Shown one piece after another: positions 1 to 8,999 of a DNA stretch of 46,639 nt. The number at the start of each line of letters is the position of its first letter. The stretch's first letter is position 1. The position numbers and the translations under genes are program-made. Source of the stretch: a virus (taxonomy: Duplodnaviria > Heunggongvirae > Uroviricota > Caudoviricetes); IMG/VR virus record IMGVR_UViG_2529293141_000012; one strand, 5' to 3'. The notes under the pieces are model-generated. The model saw only the letters and a list, made by a program, of their open reading frames with translations. It ran no database searches and was not told where the DNA came from.

Positions 1-1284
1 TTACTTCTTCGCCTCTGCAACCACTTTACTACCCACGCCGCGGTTATTGTATTCCCACATGCGGTTGTAGTTAGTGTCATTCAGATTGCGCTGTATTTCG
101 TCGTTATCATCTACGCTGCCGGTATTACCCGCAAACGGACGATTAGAGATCACCGCATCGGCCCACGGTTTAGCCGTGTTAAAACCTTCGTTGATGGCGC
201 TATCACGGATCACCACCTGACCGTTGGTATTGGCATCAACATCCAGCGAGCGGCCCAGTTGCGCCACACCATCACCGAAAGCATTGAAACGGCTGTTTAC
301 GGCGAGGAAACCGTAGTAAATGTTGGACAGCGTAGCCGGTGCAAACACATACGCTTCTTGCTGAGTACGTGAGTTCACCACGCGGAATTCGGTGTTATCG
401 AACACCACTGCGCCGCGACCAGAAACGATATCCACATCCCCTTCAATGTAGCTGTTGGTCACCAGCGTACGCGGCTGACGATTTGTTTCCAGACGGTTCT
501 GCACACCGCTGTTGGTGACAAAGAAGGTGTTCTGACGACCGAGAATGTTAACGTTGTTAATCTGTACCTGGTCACCATCAGTACGCAGTGCCACCGCCGG
601 ATGGTTACCTGCATCTACGCTATCGCCCAGCGTGTTTTCGATGGTCAGATTTTGCAGTTGCAGGCCATTGTTTTGTGACCAGAAGACCGCAGAGCAGAGA
701 ACACCGATACTGTCGCTGCGTTTGCTCTGGCAGCTATCGTACATATACCACGCTGGTTTACCTGGCATATATTTGCCGCGCGGGTTGACGTCGTGACGCC
801 AGTCGGCAGGGCTCATGCCACCATCAAGGGAAAGCCCAATCTTCACATCAATCGGTTTTTCACCTGTACCGTACAGAGTAATTCCACCCGGAGCGGCAGG
901 GACATATACCGTTCCCTGATACTCACCAGGCATCACGGCAATATACTGGCGCTTGTTGGTACGCTTGATAATTGCCGCATCTACCGCCGCCTGAATCGTG
1001 GTATGCGTTACACCTTGAGTGCCCGCCGGGCCGACAACAAAGTCAGGTTGCGCAGGCAGGGTAATCGGGGAAGGATTCCACGCTGCAGCACCTGGTGTCA
1101 GGGATGCAAAATAGTGTTGAGCATCGAAATTCTGCGCTTCTTTTGCCGACAGAATCGGGCGAGAAGAGGTACCAGGCGCGGTTTGATCAGAAGGACGTTG
1201 ATCGGGCGGGGTTGAGCTACAGGCGGTCAGCGTCACGCCAAAAGCCAATGCCAGCGCCAGACGGGAAACTGAAAATGTGTTCAC
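1..1284 (-). CDS. ybhC: YbhC-like pectinesterase-family outer-membrane lipoprotein (host gene flanking attB-lambda)
   Basis: 427-aa ORF with lipoprotein-type signal (…GVTLTAC); recalled as the chromosomal gene next to the lambda attachment site; lies just outside the att core. Confidence 0.75.
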   Translation of the reverse strand: MNTFSVSRLALALAFGVTLTACSSTPPDQRPSDQTAPGTSSRPILSAKEAQNFDAQHYFASLTPGAAAWNPSPITLPAQPDFVVGPAGTQGVTHTTIQAAVDAAIIKRTNKRQYIAVMPGEYQGTVYVPAAPGGITLYGTGEKPIDVKIGLSLDGGMSPADWRHDVNPRGKYMPGKPAWYMYDSCQSKRSDSIGVLCSAVFWSQNNGLQLQNLTIENTLGDSVDAGNHPAVALRTDGDQVQINNVNILGRQNTFFVTNSGVQNRLETNRQPRTLVTNSYIEGDVDIVSGRGAVVFDNTEFRVVNSRTQQEAYVFAPATLSNIYYGFLAVNSRFNAFGDGVAQLGRSLDVDANTNGQVVIRDSAINEGFNTAKPWADAVISNRPFAGNTGSVDDNDEIQRNLNDTNYNRMWEYNNRGVGSKVVAEAKK

Positions 1285-1330
1285 AGGTTGCTCCGGGCTA
1301 TGAAATAGAAAAATGAATCCGTTGAAGCCT

Positions 1331-1345
1331 GCTTTTTTATACTAA
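1331..1345. other. attL core (lambda att common core GCTTTTTTATACTAA), followed by the phage P' arm up to the int stop
   Basis: Exact 15-bp lambda core followed by GTTGGCATTATAAAAAAGCATTGCTTATCAATTTGTTGCAACGAACAGG, matching recalled lambda attP right-arm sequence. Confidence 0.85.
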
Positions 1346-1418
1346 GTTGGCATTATAAAAAAGCATTGCTTATCAATTTGTTGCAACGAACAGGTCACTA
1401 TCAGTCAAAATAAAATCA

Positions 1419-2489
1419 TTATTTGATTTCAATTTTGTCCCACTCCCTGCCTCTGTCATCACGATACTGTGATGCCATGGTGTCCGACTTATGCCCGAGA
1501 AGATGTTGAGCAAATTTATCGCTTATCTGCTTCTCATAGAGTCTTGCAGACAAACTGCGCAACTCGTGAAAGGTTGGCGGATCCCCTTCGAAGGAGAGAC
1601 CTGATGCTTTTCGTGCGCGAATAAAATACCTTGATACTGTGCCGGATGAAAGCGGTTCACGACGAGTAGATGCAATTATGGTTTCTCCGCCAAGAATCTT
1701 TTTGCATTTATCAAGTGTTTCCTTCATTGATATCCCGAGAGCATCAACATGCAATGTTGTTGGGATGGCAATTTTTACGCCTGTTTTGCTTTGCTCGACA
1801 TAAAGATATCCATCTACGATATCAGACCACTTCATTTCGCATAAATCACCAACTCGCTGCCCGGTAACAACAGCCAGTTCCATTGCAAGTCTAAGCCAAC
1901 ATGGTGATGATTCTGCTGCTTGATAAATTTTCAGGTATTCGTCAGCCGTAAGTCTTGATCTCCTTACCTCTGATTTTGCAGCGCGAGTGGCTGCGACCGG
2001 GTTTGTTGTTATATGGCCTTCAGCTATAGCCTCTCGGAATGCATCGCTCAGTGTTGATCTGATTAACTTGGCTGATGCCGCCTTGCCCTCGTCTATGTAT
2101 CCATTGAGCATTGCCGCAATTTCTTTTGTGGTGATGTCTTCAAGTGGAGCATCAGGCAGACCCCTCCTTATTGCTTTAATTTTGCTCATGTAATTTATGA
2201 GTGTCTTCTGCTTGATTCCTCTGCTGGCCAGGATTTTTTCGTAGCGATCAAGCCATGAATGTAACGTAACGGAATTATCACTGTTGATTCTCGCTGTCAG
2301 AGGCTTGTGTTTGTGTCCTGAAAATAACTCAATGTTGGCCTGTATAGCTTCAGTGATTGCGATTCGCCTGTCTCGGCCTAATCCAAACTCTTTACCCGTC
2401 CTTGGGTCCCTGTAGCAGTAATATCCATTGTTTCTTATATAAAGGTTAGGGGGTAAATCCCGGCGCTCATGACTTCGCCTTCTTCCCAT
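1419..2489 (-). CDS. int: Lambda-type tyrosine integrase Int
   Basis: 356 aa, translation near-identical to recalled lambda Int (MGRRRSHERRDLPPNLYIRNNGYYCYRDPRTGKEF…). Confidence 0.97.
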   Translation of the reverse strand: MGRRRSHERRDLPPNLYIRNNGYYCYRDPRTGKEFGLGRDRRIAITEAIQANIELFSGHKHKPLTARINSDNSVTLHSWLDRYEKILASRGIKQKTLINYMSKIKAIRRGLPDAPLEDITTKEIAAMLNGYIDEGKAASAKLIRSTLSDAFREAIAEGHITTNPVAATRAAKSEVRRSRLTADEYLKIYQAAESSPCWLRLAMELAVVTGQRVGDLCEMKWSDIVDGYLYVEQSKTGVKIAIPTTLHVDALGISMKETLDKCKKILGGETIIASTRREPLSSGTVSRYFIRARKASGLSFEGDPPTFHELRSLSARLYEKQISDKFAQHLLGHKSDTMASQYRDDRGREWDKIEIK

Positions 2490-2685
2490 TTCTGATCCTC
2501 TTCAAAAGGCTACCTGTTACTGGTCGATTTAAGTCAACCTTTACCGCTGATTCGTGGAACAGATACTCTCTTCCATCCTTAACCGGAGGAGGGAATATCC
2601 TGCACTCGCGTACCCATCGACGAACTGTTTCAAGGCTTCTTGGGCGTCGCTGGCGTGCGTTCCACTCCTGAAGTGTCAAGTACAT
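2467..2685 (-). CDS. xis: Excisionase Xis
   Basis: 72 aa, MYLTLQEWNARQRRPRSLETVRRWVRECRIFPPPVKDGREYLF… matches lambda Xis; overlaps int start as in lambda. Confidence 0.95.
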   Translation of the reverse strand: MYLTLQEWNARQRRPRSLETVRRWVRECRIFPPPVKDGREYLFHESAVKVDLNRPVTGSLLKRIRNGKKAKS

Positions 2686-2707
2686 CGCAAAGTCTCCGCA
2701 ATTACAC

Positions 2708-2735
2708 GCAAGAAAAAACCGCCATCAGGCGGCTT
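2708..2735 (-). terminator. Putative intrinsic terminator (hairpin CCGCC-TGAT-GGCGG then T-run on minus strand)
   Basis: Inverted repeat overlapping the stop of the 55-aa ORF, followed on the minus strand by TTTTTTCTT. Confidence 0.35.
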
Positions 2736-2892
2736 GGTGTTCTTTCAGTTCTTCAATTCGAATATTGGTTACGTCTGCATGTGCTATCTGCGCCCACAGC
2801 ATCCAGTGGTCATAGCAGTCGCTGATGTTCTCGGCTTCGATAACTCTGTTGAATGGTTCTCCATTCCATTCACCTGTGACTCGGAAGTGCAT
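2725..2892 (-). CDS. Small hypothetical protein (55 aa) in the position of the lambda 55-aa ORF next to xis
   Basis: My own translation MHFRVTGEWNGEPFNRV…EELKEHQAA; spacing from xis (40 nt) and length (168 nt) match my recollection of lambda; below the ORF-track size cutoff. Confidence 0.4.
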   Translation of the reverse strand: MHFRVTGEWNGEPFNRVIEAENISDCYDHWMLWAQIAHADVTNIRIEELKEHQAA

Positions 2893-3134
2893 TTATCATC
2901 TCCATAAAACAAAACCCGCCGTAGCGAGTTCAGATAAAAGAAATCCTCGTCAGTGCGAGGATGCTGTTCATTGCTGCTATACACTTTTTTGCTCTCAACG
3001 TAAGCGGTAGCCCATTCTGTTGGGTTGGTGCAGTTGCTTTTAGGAAATGCTATTTACCCCTTAAATGTCGGCTGAAAGAGCTAAAATCCATGCAAAAAAT
3101 TTACGCAATTTTGTGTATTATTGTGCAGTAAGTA

Positions 3135-3737
3135 ATGAGCTATTTTCTGCGCAAAAAATGGATGGTAAATTTGTCCGGGTCAGGAAAAATTTTATGGGCG
3201 CTAAACATGAAAAAAGATTCGTATCCTTATTTGATTTGCATGACAGTTTCAGGGCTGATCTTTATTTTCCTTTTCTTCTGGTGGCGGGCAGATATCTACA
3301 GGGTCACGTTTCTTAATCAGAGTATATCCCACTATTACATTCTGTTTAGCATGGGAATAGCTTTTCTGTTATCTCTGTTTTGGGTTAAGAAGGGGATAGT
3401 AAAACAAAGCGGCTGGAAGAGTCTGTCAGCATACCTTAAGGTTTATGCAGGGATGTGCATATTTGCTGGATTTTTTCTGATTATACCCCTTACGACACTA
3501 ACTTATTTTTTGCCTGGAGAGACATCGTCTTATGTTGCACCGTATCGGTATACTTCCGGTAGTTCAAAAAGTTGTTCTGGAGCTGAGGTGGATGACCCCG
3601 ATCTACATGAGAATATTCGCATTTGCTATCCGTATGGCAATTATGAGTACGATAATATTATCTATGTTGAAAAGAAAATTAATATATTAGGTGCGGTAGT
3701 GACATATGCACAGACCGCGCGTGATGATACTGAATGA
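3135..3737 (+). CDS. Hypothetical integral membrane protein (accessory moron, opposite to the early-left operon)
   Basis: 200-aa ORF in AT-rich DNA; three predicted TM helices (e.g. LICMTVSGLIFIFLFFWW) plus a Cys/Tyr-rich C-terminal domain; alternative start at 3207 (MKKDSYPY…); a stem-loop follows at about 3770-3795. Confidence 0.55.
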   Translation: MSYFLRKKWMVNLSGSGKILWALNMKKDSYPYLICMTVSGLIFIFLFFWWRADIYRVTFLNQSISHYYILFSMGIAFLLSLFWVKKGIVKQSGWKSLSAYLKVYAGMCIFAGFFLIIPLTTLTYFLPGETSSYVAPYRYTSGSSKSCSGAEVDDPDLHENIRICYPYGNYEYDNIIYVEKKINILGAVVTYAQTARDDTE

Positions 3738-3947
3738 TATAGTATATAGCGGGCAAGTTTTAGTTAATTTATCGAGGTAATATAATTTACCTCGACTCGT
3801 TTGTTCTGGTATTAATATTTCGCTTTACGACCGATTTTTATCTGATGATATCATGCGGTTTTCATATACTGACTTACTGTCTTTTCTCCGTTAGCGATTT
3901 TCTCCTGCTCAGCGATGATTTTATCTTTGGCTTCTAGTTAATTTCGC

Positions 3948-4169
3948 TCACTTCGAACCTCTCTGTTTACTGATAAGCTCCAGATCTTGCTGGCAACTGG
4001 CACAAGTCCGACAACCCTGAACGGCCAGTCGTCTTCGTTCATCTATCGGATCGCCACACTCACAACAATGAGTGGCAGATATAGCCTGGTGGTTCAGGCG
4101 GCGCATTTTTATTGCTGTGTTGCGCTGTAATTCTTCAATTTCTGATGCTGAATCAATTATGTCTGCCAT
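3948..4169 (-). CDS. DksA/TraR-family C4 zinc-finger protein
   Basis: 73 aa with CxxC-x17-CxxC (CCECGDPIDERRRLAVQGCRTCASC), typical of phage or plasmid TraR/DksA-like proteins. Confidence 0.7.
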   Translation of the reverse strand: MADIIDSASEIEELQRNTAIKMRRLNHQAISATHCCECGDPIDERRRLAVQGCRTCASCQQDLELISKQRGSK

Positions 4170-4267
4170 CTTTCATTAATCCCTGAATTGTTGGTTAATA
4201 CGCTTGAGGGTGAATGCGAATAATAAAAAAGGAGCCTGTAGCTCCCTGATGATTTTGCTTTTCATGT

Positions 4268-4483
4268 TCACCGTTCCTTAAAGACGCCGTTCAACATGCC
4301 GATCGCCAGGCTTAAATGAGTCGGTGTGAATCCCATCAGCGTTACCGTTTCGCGGTGCTTCTTTAGTACGCTACGGCAAATGTCATCGACGTTTTTATCC
4401 GGAAACTGCTGTCTGGCTTTTTTGATTTCAGAATTAGCCTGACGGGCAATGCTGCGAAGGGCGTTTTCTTGCTGAGGTGTCAT
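4268..4483 (-). CDS. Small early-left hypothetical protein (lambda orf61 region analogue)
   Basis: ORF-track frame 4268-4549; most plausible ATG at 4483 giving MTPQQENALRSIARQ… (71 aa); in the same operon as exo and bet. Confidence 0.45.
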   Translation of the reverse strand: MTPQQENALRSIARQANSEIKKARQQFPDKNVDDICRSVLKKHRETVTLMGFTPTHLSLAIGMLNGVFKER

Positions 4484-4559
4484 TGAACAAGCCCCATGTC
4501 GGCAAGCATAAGCACACAGAATATGAAGCCCGCTGCCAGAAAAATGCATTCAGTGGTTG

Positions 4560-4751
4560 TCATACCTGGTCTCTCTCATCTGCTTCTGCTTTCGCCACCA
4601 TCATTTCCAGCTTTTGTGAAAGGGATGCGGCTAACGTATGAAATTCTTCGTCTGTTTCTACTGGTATTGGCACAAACCTGACTCCAATTTGAGCGAGGCT
4701 ATGTGCCATCTCGATACTCGTTCTTAACTCAACGGGAGATGCTTTGTGCAT
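4560..4751 (-). CDS. Small early-left protein, lambda orf63-like
   Basis: 63 aa; same size, position and overlap pattern as the lambda ORF upstream of orf60a and exo. Confidence 0.55.
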   Translation of the reverse strand: MHKASPVELRTSIEMAHSLAQIGVRFVPIPVETDEEFHTLAASLSQKLEMMVAKAEADERDQV

Positions 4752-4912
4752 ACAGCTCCCCGTTTATTATTTATCTCCTCAGCCAGCCGCTGTGCTTTCA
4801 GGGGATTTCTGATAACAGAAAGGCCGGGAAATACCCAGCCTCGCTTTGTAATGGAGTAGACGAAAGTGATCGCGCCTACCCGGATATTATCGTGAGGATG
4901 CGTCATCGCCAT
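4724..4912 (-). CDS. Small early-left protein, lambda orf60a-like
   Basis: 60-62 aa ([28 protein letters not shown]…); start overlaps the exo stop as in lambda. Confidence 0.55.
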   Translation of the reverse strand: MAMTHPHDNIRVGAITFVYSITKRGWVFPGLSVIRNPLKAQRLAEEINNKRGAVCTKHLPLS

Positions 4913-5583
4913 TGCTCCCCAAATACAAAACCAATTTCAGCCAGTGCCTCGTCCATTTTTTCGATGAACTCCGGCACCATCTCGTCAAAACTCGCCATGT
5001 AATTTTCATCCCGCTCAACCACGACATAATGCAGGCCTTCACGCTTCATTCGTGGGTCATAGTTGGCAAAGTACCAGGCATCTTTTCGCGTCACCCACAT
5101 GCTGTACTGCACCTGGGCCATGTAAGCCGACTTTATGGCCTCGAAACCACCGAGCCGGAATTTCATGAAATCCCGGGAGGTAAACGGGCATTTCAGTTCA
5201 AGGCCGTTGCCGTCACTGCATAAACCATCGGGAGAGCAGGCGGTGCGCATACTTTCGTCGCGATAGATGATCGGGGATTCAGTAACATTCACGCCGGAAG
5301 TAAACTCAAACAGGGCTCTGGCGTCGTTCTCGTACTGTTTTCCCCAGGCCAGCGCCTTAGCATTAACTTCCGGAGCCACACCGGTGCAAACCTCAGCCAG
5401 CAGGGTGTGGAAGTAGGACATTTTCATGTCAGGCCACTTCTTTCCTGAGCGGGGCTTTGCTATCACGTTGTGAACTTCTGAAGCGGTGATGACGCCGAGC
5501 CGTAATTTGTGCCATGCATCATCCCCCTGTTCGACAGCTCTCACGTCGATCCCGGTACGCTGCAGGATAATGTCCGGTGTCAT
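4903..5583 (-). CDS. exo: Lambda exonuclease (Red-alpha)
   Basis: 226 aa, [40 protein letters not shown]… matches recalled lambda Exo. Confidence 0.97.
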   Translation of the reverse strand: MTPDIILQRTGIDVRAVEQGDDAWHKLRLGVITASEVHNVIAKPRSGKKWPDMKMSYFHTLLAEVCTGVAPEVNAKALAWGKQYENDARALFEFTSGVNVTESPIIYRDESMRTACSPDGLCSDGNGLELKCPFTSRDFMKFRLGGFEAIKSAYMAQVQYSMWVTRKDAWYFANYDPRMKREGLHYVVVERDENYMASFDEMVPEFIEKMDEALAEIGFVFGEQWR

Positions 5584-6365
5584 GCTGCCACCTTCTGCTC
5601 AGTGGCTTTCTGTTTCAGGAATCCAAGAGCTTTCACTGCTTCGGCCTGTGTCAGTTCTGACGATGCGCGAATGTCGCGGCGAAATATCTGGGAACAGAGC
5701 GGCAATAAGTCGTCATCCCATGTTTTATCCAGGGCGATCAGCAGAGTGTTAATCTCCTGCATGGTTTCATCGTTAACCGGAGTGATGTCGCGTTCCGGCT
5801 GACGTTCTGCAGTGTATGCGGTATTTTCGACAATGCGCTCGGCTTCATCCTTGTCATAGATACCAGCAAATCCGAAGGCCAGACGGGCACACTGAATCAT
5901 GGCTTTATGACGTAACATCCGTTTGGGATGCGACTGCCACGGTCCGGTGATTTCTCTGCCTTCGCGGGTTTTGAATGGTTCGCGGCGGCATTCATCCATC
6001 CACTCGGTAACGCAGATCGGATGATTGCGGTCCTTGCGGTAAATCCGGCATGTGCAGGATTCATTGTCCTGCTCAAAGTCCATACCATCAAACTGCTGGT
6101 TTTCATTGATGATGCGGGACCAGCCATCAACGCCCACCACCGGAACGATGCCGTTCTGCTTATCAGGGAAGGCGTAAATTTCTTTCGTCCACGGATTAAG
6201 GCCGTACTGGTTGGCGACGATCAGCAATGCGATGAACTGCGCATCGCTGGCATCGCCTTTAAATGCCGTCTGGCGAAGAGTGGTGATCAGTTCCTGTGGG
6301 TCGACAGAATCCATGCCGACACGTTCAGCCAGCTTCCCAGCCAGCGTTGCGAGTGCTGTACTCAT
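5580..6365 (-). CDS. bet: Recombination protein Bet (Red-beta)
   Basis: 261 aa, [41 protein letters not shown]… matches lambda Bet. Confidence 0.97.
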   Translation of the reverse strand: MSTALATLAGKLAERVGMDSVDPQELITTLRQTAFKGDASDAQFIALLIVANQYGLNPWTKEIYAFPDKQNGIVPVVGVDGWSRIINENQQFDGMDFEQDNESCTCRIYRKDRNHPICVTEWMDECRREPFKTREGREITGPWQSHPKRMLRHKAMIQCARLAFGFAGIYDKDEAERIVENTAYTAERQPERDITPVNDETMQEINTLLIALDKTWDDDLLPLCSQIFRRDIRASSELTQAEAVKALGFLKQKATEQKVAA

Positions 6366-6370
6366 CCGTT

Positions 6371-6667
6371 TTATACCTCTGAATCAATATCAACCTGATG
6401 GTGAGCAATGGTTTCAACCATGTACCGGATGTGTTCTGCCATGCGCTCCTGAAACTCAACATCGTCATCAAATGCACGGGTAATGGCTTTTTTGCTGGCC
6501 CCGCAGCGTTGTAAATGATCGATGCAGAGCGATTCAAACAAATGCTGGGGCAGGCCTTTGTCCATGTCGTCTGCCAGTTCTGCCTCTTTCTCTTCACGGG
6601 CGATCTGCTGGTAGTGACGCGCCCAGCTCTGAGCCTCAAGACGATCCTGAATGTAATAAGCGTTCAT
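6371..6667 (-). CDS. gam: Gam (RecBCD inhibitor), short 98-aa form only
   Basis: [31 protein letters not shown]… equals the lambda GamS portion; upstream in-frame sequence reaches a stop without any start codon. Confidence 0.9.
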   Translation of the reverse strand: MNAYYIQDRLEAQSWARHYQQIAREEKEAELADDMDKGLPQHLFESLCIDHLQRCGASKKAITRAFDDDVEFQERMAEHIRYMVETIAHHQVDIDSEV

Positions 6668-6743
6668 GGCTGAACTCCTGAAAATGGCTGTGAAAATATC
6701 GCCCGCGAAATGCCAGGCTGATTAGGAAAACAAGAAAGGGGGG

Positions 6744-7034
6744 TTAGTGATTCAGGCCGTTACCGCGTCCGTCGAGAAAAACTTCCACGAGCAAATCACG
6801 GGTATAAGTGCGCTCGATGCCGCGATGCAGATAAAGCCGTCCGCGTAAATTAGCTGATGCAGTCCAGGTACCATCTTTGTGTTTGACCAGCATTCCTGGC
6901 ATGACCGCACCTCGATTAACGGTCTGCGTTCCGTAATGTTGATGAACCATAAAAACTCCTGCCCGTAAGCTGGGCTGCTGAACATATAAAGACTTCTGCG
7001 CGTATTCAGGCGGTGGATGGCCGCCGGTTGTCAT
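6744..7034 (-). CDS. Hypothetical 96-aa protein, the only ORF between gam and the putative PL (N/kil/cIII position)
   Basis: ORF in the PL-proximal position; no arginine-rich motif like lambda N; weak SD; could be a leader-region artefact. Confidence 0.3.
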   Translation of the reverse strand: MTTGGHPPPEYAQKSLYVQQPSLRAGVFMVHQHYGTQTVNRGAVMPGMLVKHKDGTWTASANLRGRLYLHRGIERTYTRDLLVEVFLDGRGNGLNH

Positions 7035-7229
7035 AACTAAGCCGCCTCGTTGAAGCGACTAAGGTATGAAATGTTGAGTTAATTTCAGCTGGTCACACCG
7101 ACGTTCACGCGTCCGTTTCACCCCTCGCACTCCCCGAAGCCTGCTGAAATTCAAACTGCGGATCTAAGCGGTCATCGCAACGGTGAATCAGGTGGTTGCC
7201 GTATCGTTGTGTTGTTGCGATATGGTGAT

Positions 7230-7340
7230 AATAGCTATTGCTATTGGTGATATCAATACTTATTGCTATTAGTTGATGTGTTTTGATATTAAATGTTTGA
7301 TAGCAAAAAGAATTAATTTTGTGACTTGCATCGCATAGCG
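7230..7340 (-). promoter_or_regulatory. Putative OL/PL operator-promoter region
   Basis: Repeated ATTGCTATT motifs (also found in the cI-cro intergenic region), AT-rich, immediately downstream of the rex-position terminator. Confidence 0.3.
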
Positions 7341-7394
7341 ATAACTGAAGTGAGGTGTGGTGGTTTTTTGGACGGTTTGTGTGATGAGGGGAGG

Positions 7395-7425
7395 CAAAAG
7401 AAAACCCGGCACTGGGGCCGGGTTT
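7395..7425 (-). terminator. Intrinsic terminator ending the repressor-operon transcript
   Basis: Hairpin CCCGGC-ACTGGG-GCCGGG followed on the minus strand by TTTTCTTTTG. Confidence 0.55.
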
Positions 7426-7500
7426 AGATGGATAAGAAAGGGTAATAGGGAATGAAAAATCGCTTTGCGTAATGCAAGGTGGCGAGCAGTTTCTTAAGCA

Positions 7501-7941
7501 CTAAAGAAAAAAGTACATTGATAGCTTATAAAGACCTGTTCCTGCAGCGATGATTGCTGGAACACCAAGCAATACCGCAAGCTTTGCGTCTGAAATCTTT
7601 CTATCGACAGCATCGATGGAGGGTTTTTTGGCTAGTGAATCTTTTATTGAATCGAGTCGCTCCAGAACAGCGATCATGTTTCTGTCGATAGATTTGACAT
7701 CTGTCTTAAGCTCATCAACGTCACGTCGGATATAGGACACATCAGACTCAAGCTTTGCAACTTTCGATTCAAGCACATTATTACTCCCAGAGCCACCGCT
7801 ACCACTTGATTGTAGCATAGGTACATTACCGCCAGACATACCAGCTGATTGAGAAAATGCTGCAGTGTGCAAAGATGATGATCTTGCCGCTTGTTCAAGC
7901 TTTTCAGTTAGGTTTGGAGCTTCGTAATAACCGTGTTTCAT
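7501..7941 (-). CDS. Hypothetical tail-anchored membrane protein with coiled coil (rexB position)
   Basis: 146 aa; Gly/Ser-rich N-terminus, heptad-like segment LESKVAKLESDVSYIRRDVDELKTDVKSIDRNMIAVLERLDSIKDSL, C-terminal TM helix LAVLLGVPAIIAAGTGLYKL; AT-rich; co-oriented downstream of cI. Confidence 0.6.
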   Translation of the reverse strand: MKHGYYEAPNLTEKLEQAARSSSLHTAAFSQSAGMSGGNVPMLQSSGSGGSGSNNVLESKVAKLESDVSYIRRDVDELKTDVKSIDRNMIAVLERLDSIKDSLAKKPSIDAVDRKISDAKLAVLLGVPAIIAAGTGLYKLSMYFFL

Positions 7942-7949
7942 TGTTAATA

Positions 7950-8219
7950 TTATGACTTATTGGTTTTAGCTCTATCATGCTGATCGCGAATAAAGTCAGC
8001 GAGTTTAAGCATTAAATCTTCCGTCATGCGAATTGTTGCAATGTTGTACTTTACGTTTTCAGTGTCATTACTACCATCAGCGCCCCATTCTGTAACATGC
8101 TGAAAGAAAGATATGGAGCCTAAGCGATCGTCATCTTCCCCAAAAGATGAATATCCAAATGCATCAGCATATGCATCTACACAGTTATTTGATTTTTTTA
8201 TAAGTTTTTTATCACTCAT
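7950..8219 (-). CDS. Hypothetical acidic 89-aa protein (rexA position)
   Basis: ORF directly downstream of the repressor gene, 9 nt upstream of the membrane-protein gene; no recognisable family. Confidence 0.5.
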   Translation of the reverse strand: MSDKKLIKKSNNCVDAYADAFGYSSFGEDDDRLGSISFFQHVTEWGADGSNDTENVKYNIATIRMTEDLMLKLADFIRDQHDRAKTNKS

Positions 8220-8298
8220 TTTTGCCTTTCCCGTAATGTTATTTTTATAAAGAATTCTTTCAGCGCATTACCCAAAAGCCTCATCAGCACGCAGCTGA

Positions 8299-8991
8299 TT
8301 ATCCGTGTTTCCTATACGTCTGCGGCATACTGCCAATAACCTTCCCGAAAATGAACACCCGGTTCATCTCGTCTTTCTCGATCGGGTCCCACGGTGAGTA
8401 GCTCTTGTTATCAGAGATAACCAGTAGCTTATCTTTCATCATTTGCAGGCGCTTTACATGGGCTGTGTCGTCGTACAGAAACGCATAGATACCATCACCG
8501 TCGAAAGATTTAACCGTGATATCAACGAACAGCAGATCACCTGGTTCGATCGTTCCTGACATGCTGTCACCGCGCACGTTAATGATGCGGATATTTTCCG
8601 CCTTCCTGCCATCGAACATGTGACGAGCATCGTCAAACGAGTACTCAACCGAGCGTAGAACTTCCACAAACTCACGGTTGATGACACCCGGTCCGGCACT
8701 GACTTCTATATCAAGAACGTCAATCTTGAAGTATTTTGAATGGCTGACAGCAGGCTTCCCTGATTGTTGACCGTCATTTCTCATCGGGCCTATGCCTGAT
8801 GAGAGCCATTCTGTTCGAACACCCAATGCATTAGCTATTTCAACAATTTTTGTTGAGCCGCGCGCGTTGCCGCTTGTCAGTCTCCAGATTGTGGGTTGAG
8901 CTACGCCAGACGCCTTTGCAAGAGCGCCTTGAGACATTCCAGATTGTTCCATCGCTAGGTTTAAGCGATCAGCAAGAGTTTCTTTTTTCAT
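8299..8991 (-). CDS. cI: CI-like prophage repressor (HTH plus S24 LexA-like peptidase domain)
   Basis: N-terminal HTH (MSQGALAKASGVAQPTIWRL), C-terminal GDSM…K autocleavage motifs; ATG at 8991 has no SD (leaderless, as for lambda PRM); ORF-track frame extends to a TTG at 9027. Confidence 0.85.
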   Translation of the reverse strand: MKKETLADRLNLAMEQSGMSQGALAKASGVAQPTIWRLTSGNARGSTKIVEIANALGVRTEWLSSGIGPMRNDGQQSGKPAVSHSKYFKIDVLDIEVSAGPGVINREFVEVLRSVEYSFDDARHMFDGRKAENIRIINVRGDSMSGTIEPGDLLFVDITVKSFDGDGIYAFLYDDTAHVKRLQMMKDKLLVISDNKSYSPWDPIEKDEMNRVFIFGKVIGSMPQTYRKHG

Positions 8992-8999
8992 AAGTTTTA

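Noticed and set aside
3065-3316. 83-aa plus-strand ORF overlapping the 5' end of the membrane-protein moron in another frame
   Set aside because: No SD, overlaps the better-supported 200-aa ORF; kept only as a caveat on that gene's start.
6668-6724. Full-length GamL N-terminal extension
   Set aside because: The in-frame upstream sequence reaches a stop after 19 codons with no start codon, so only the 98-aa form is encoded.
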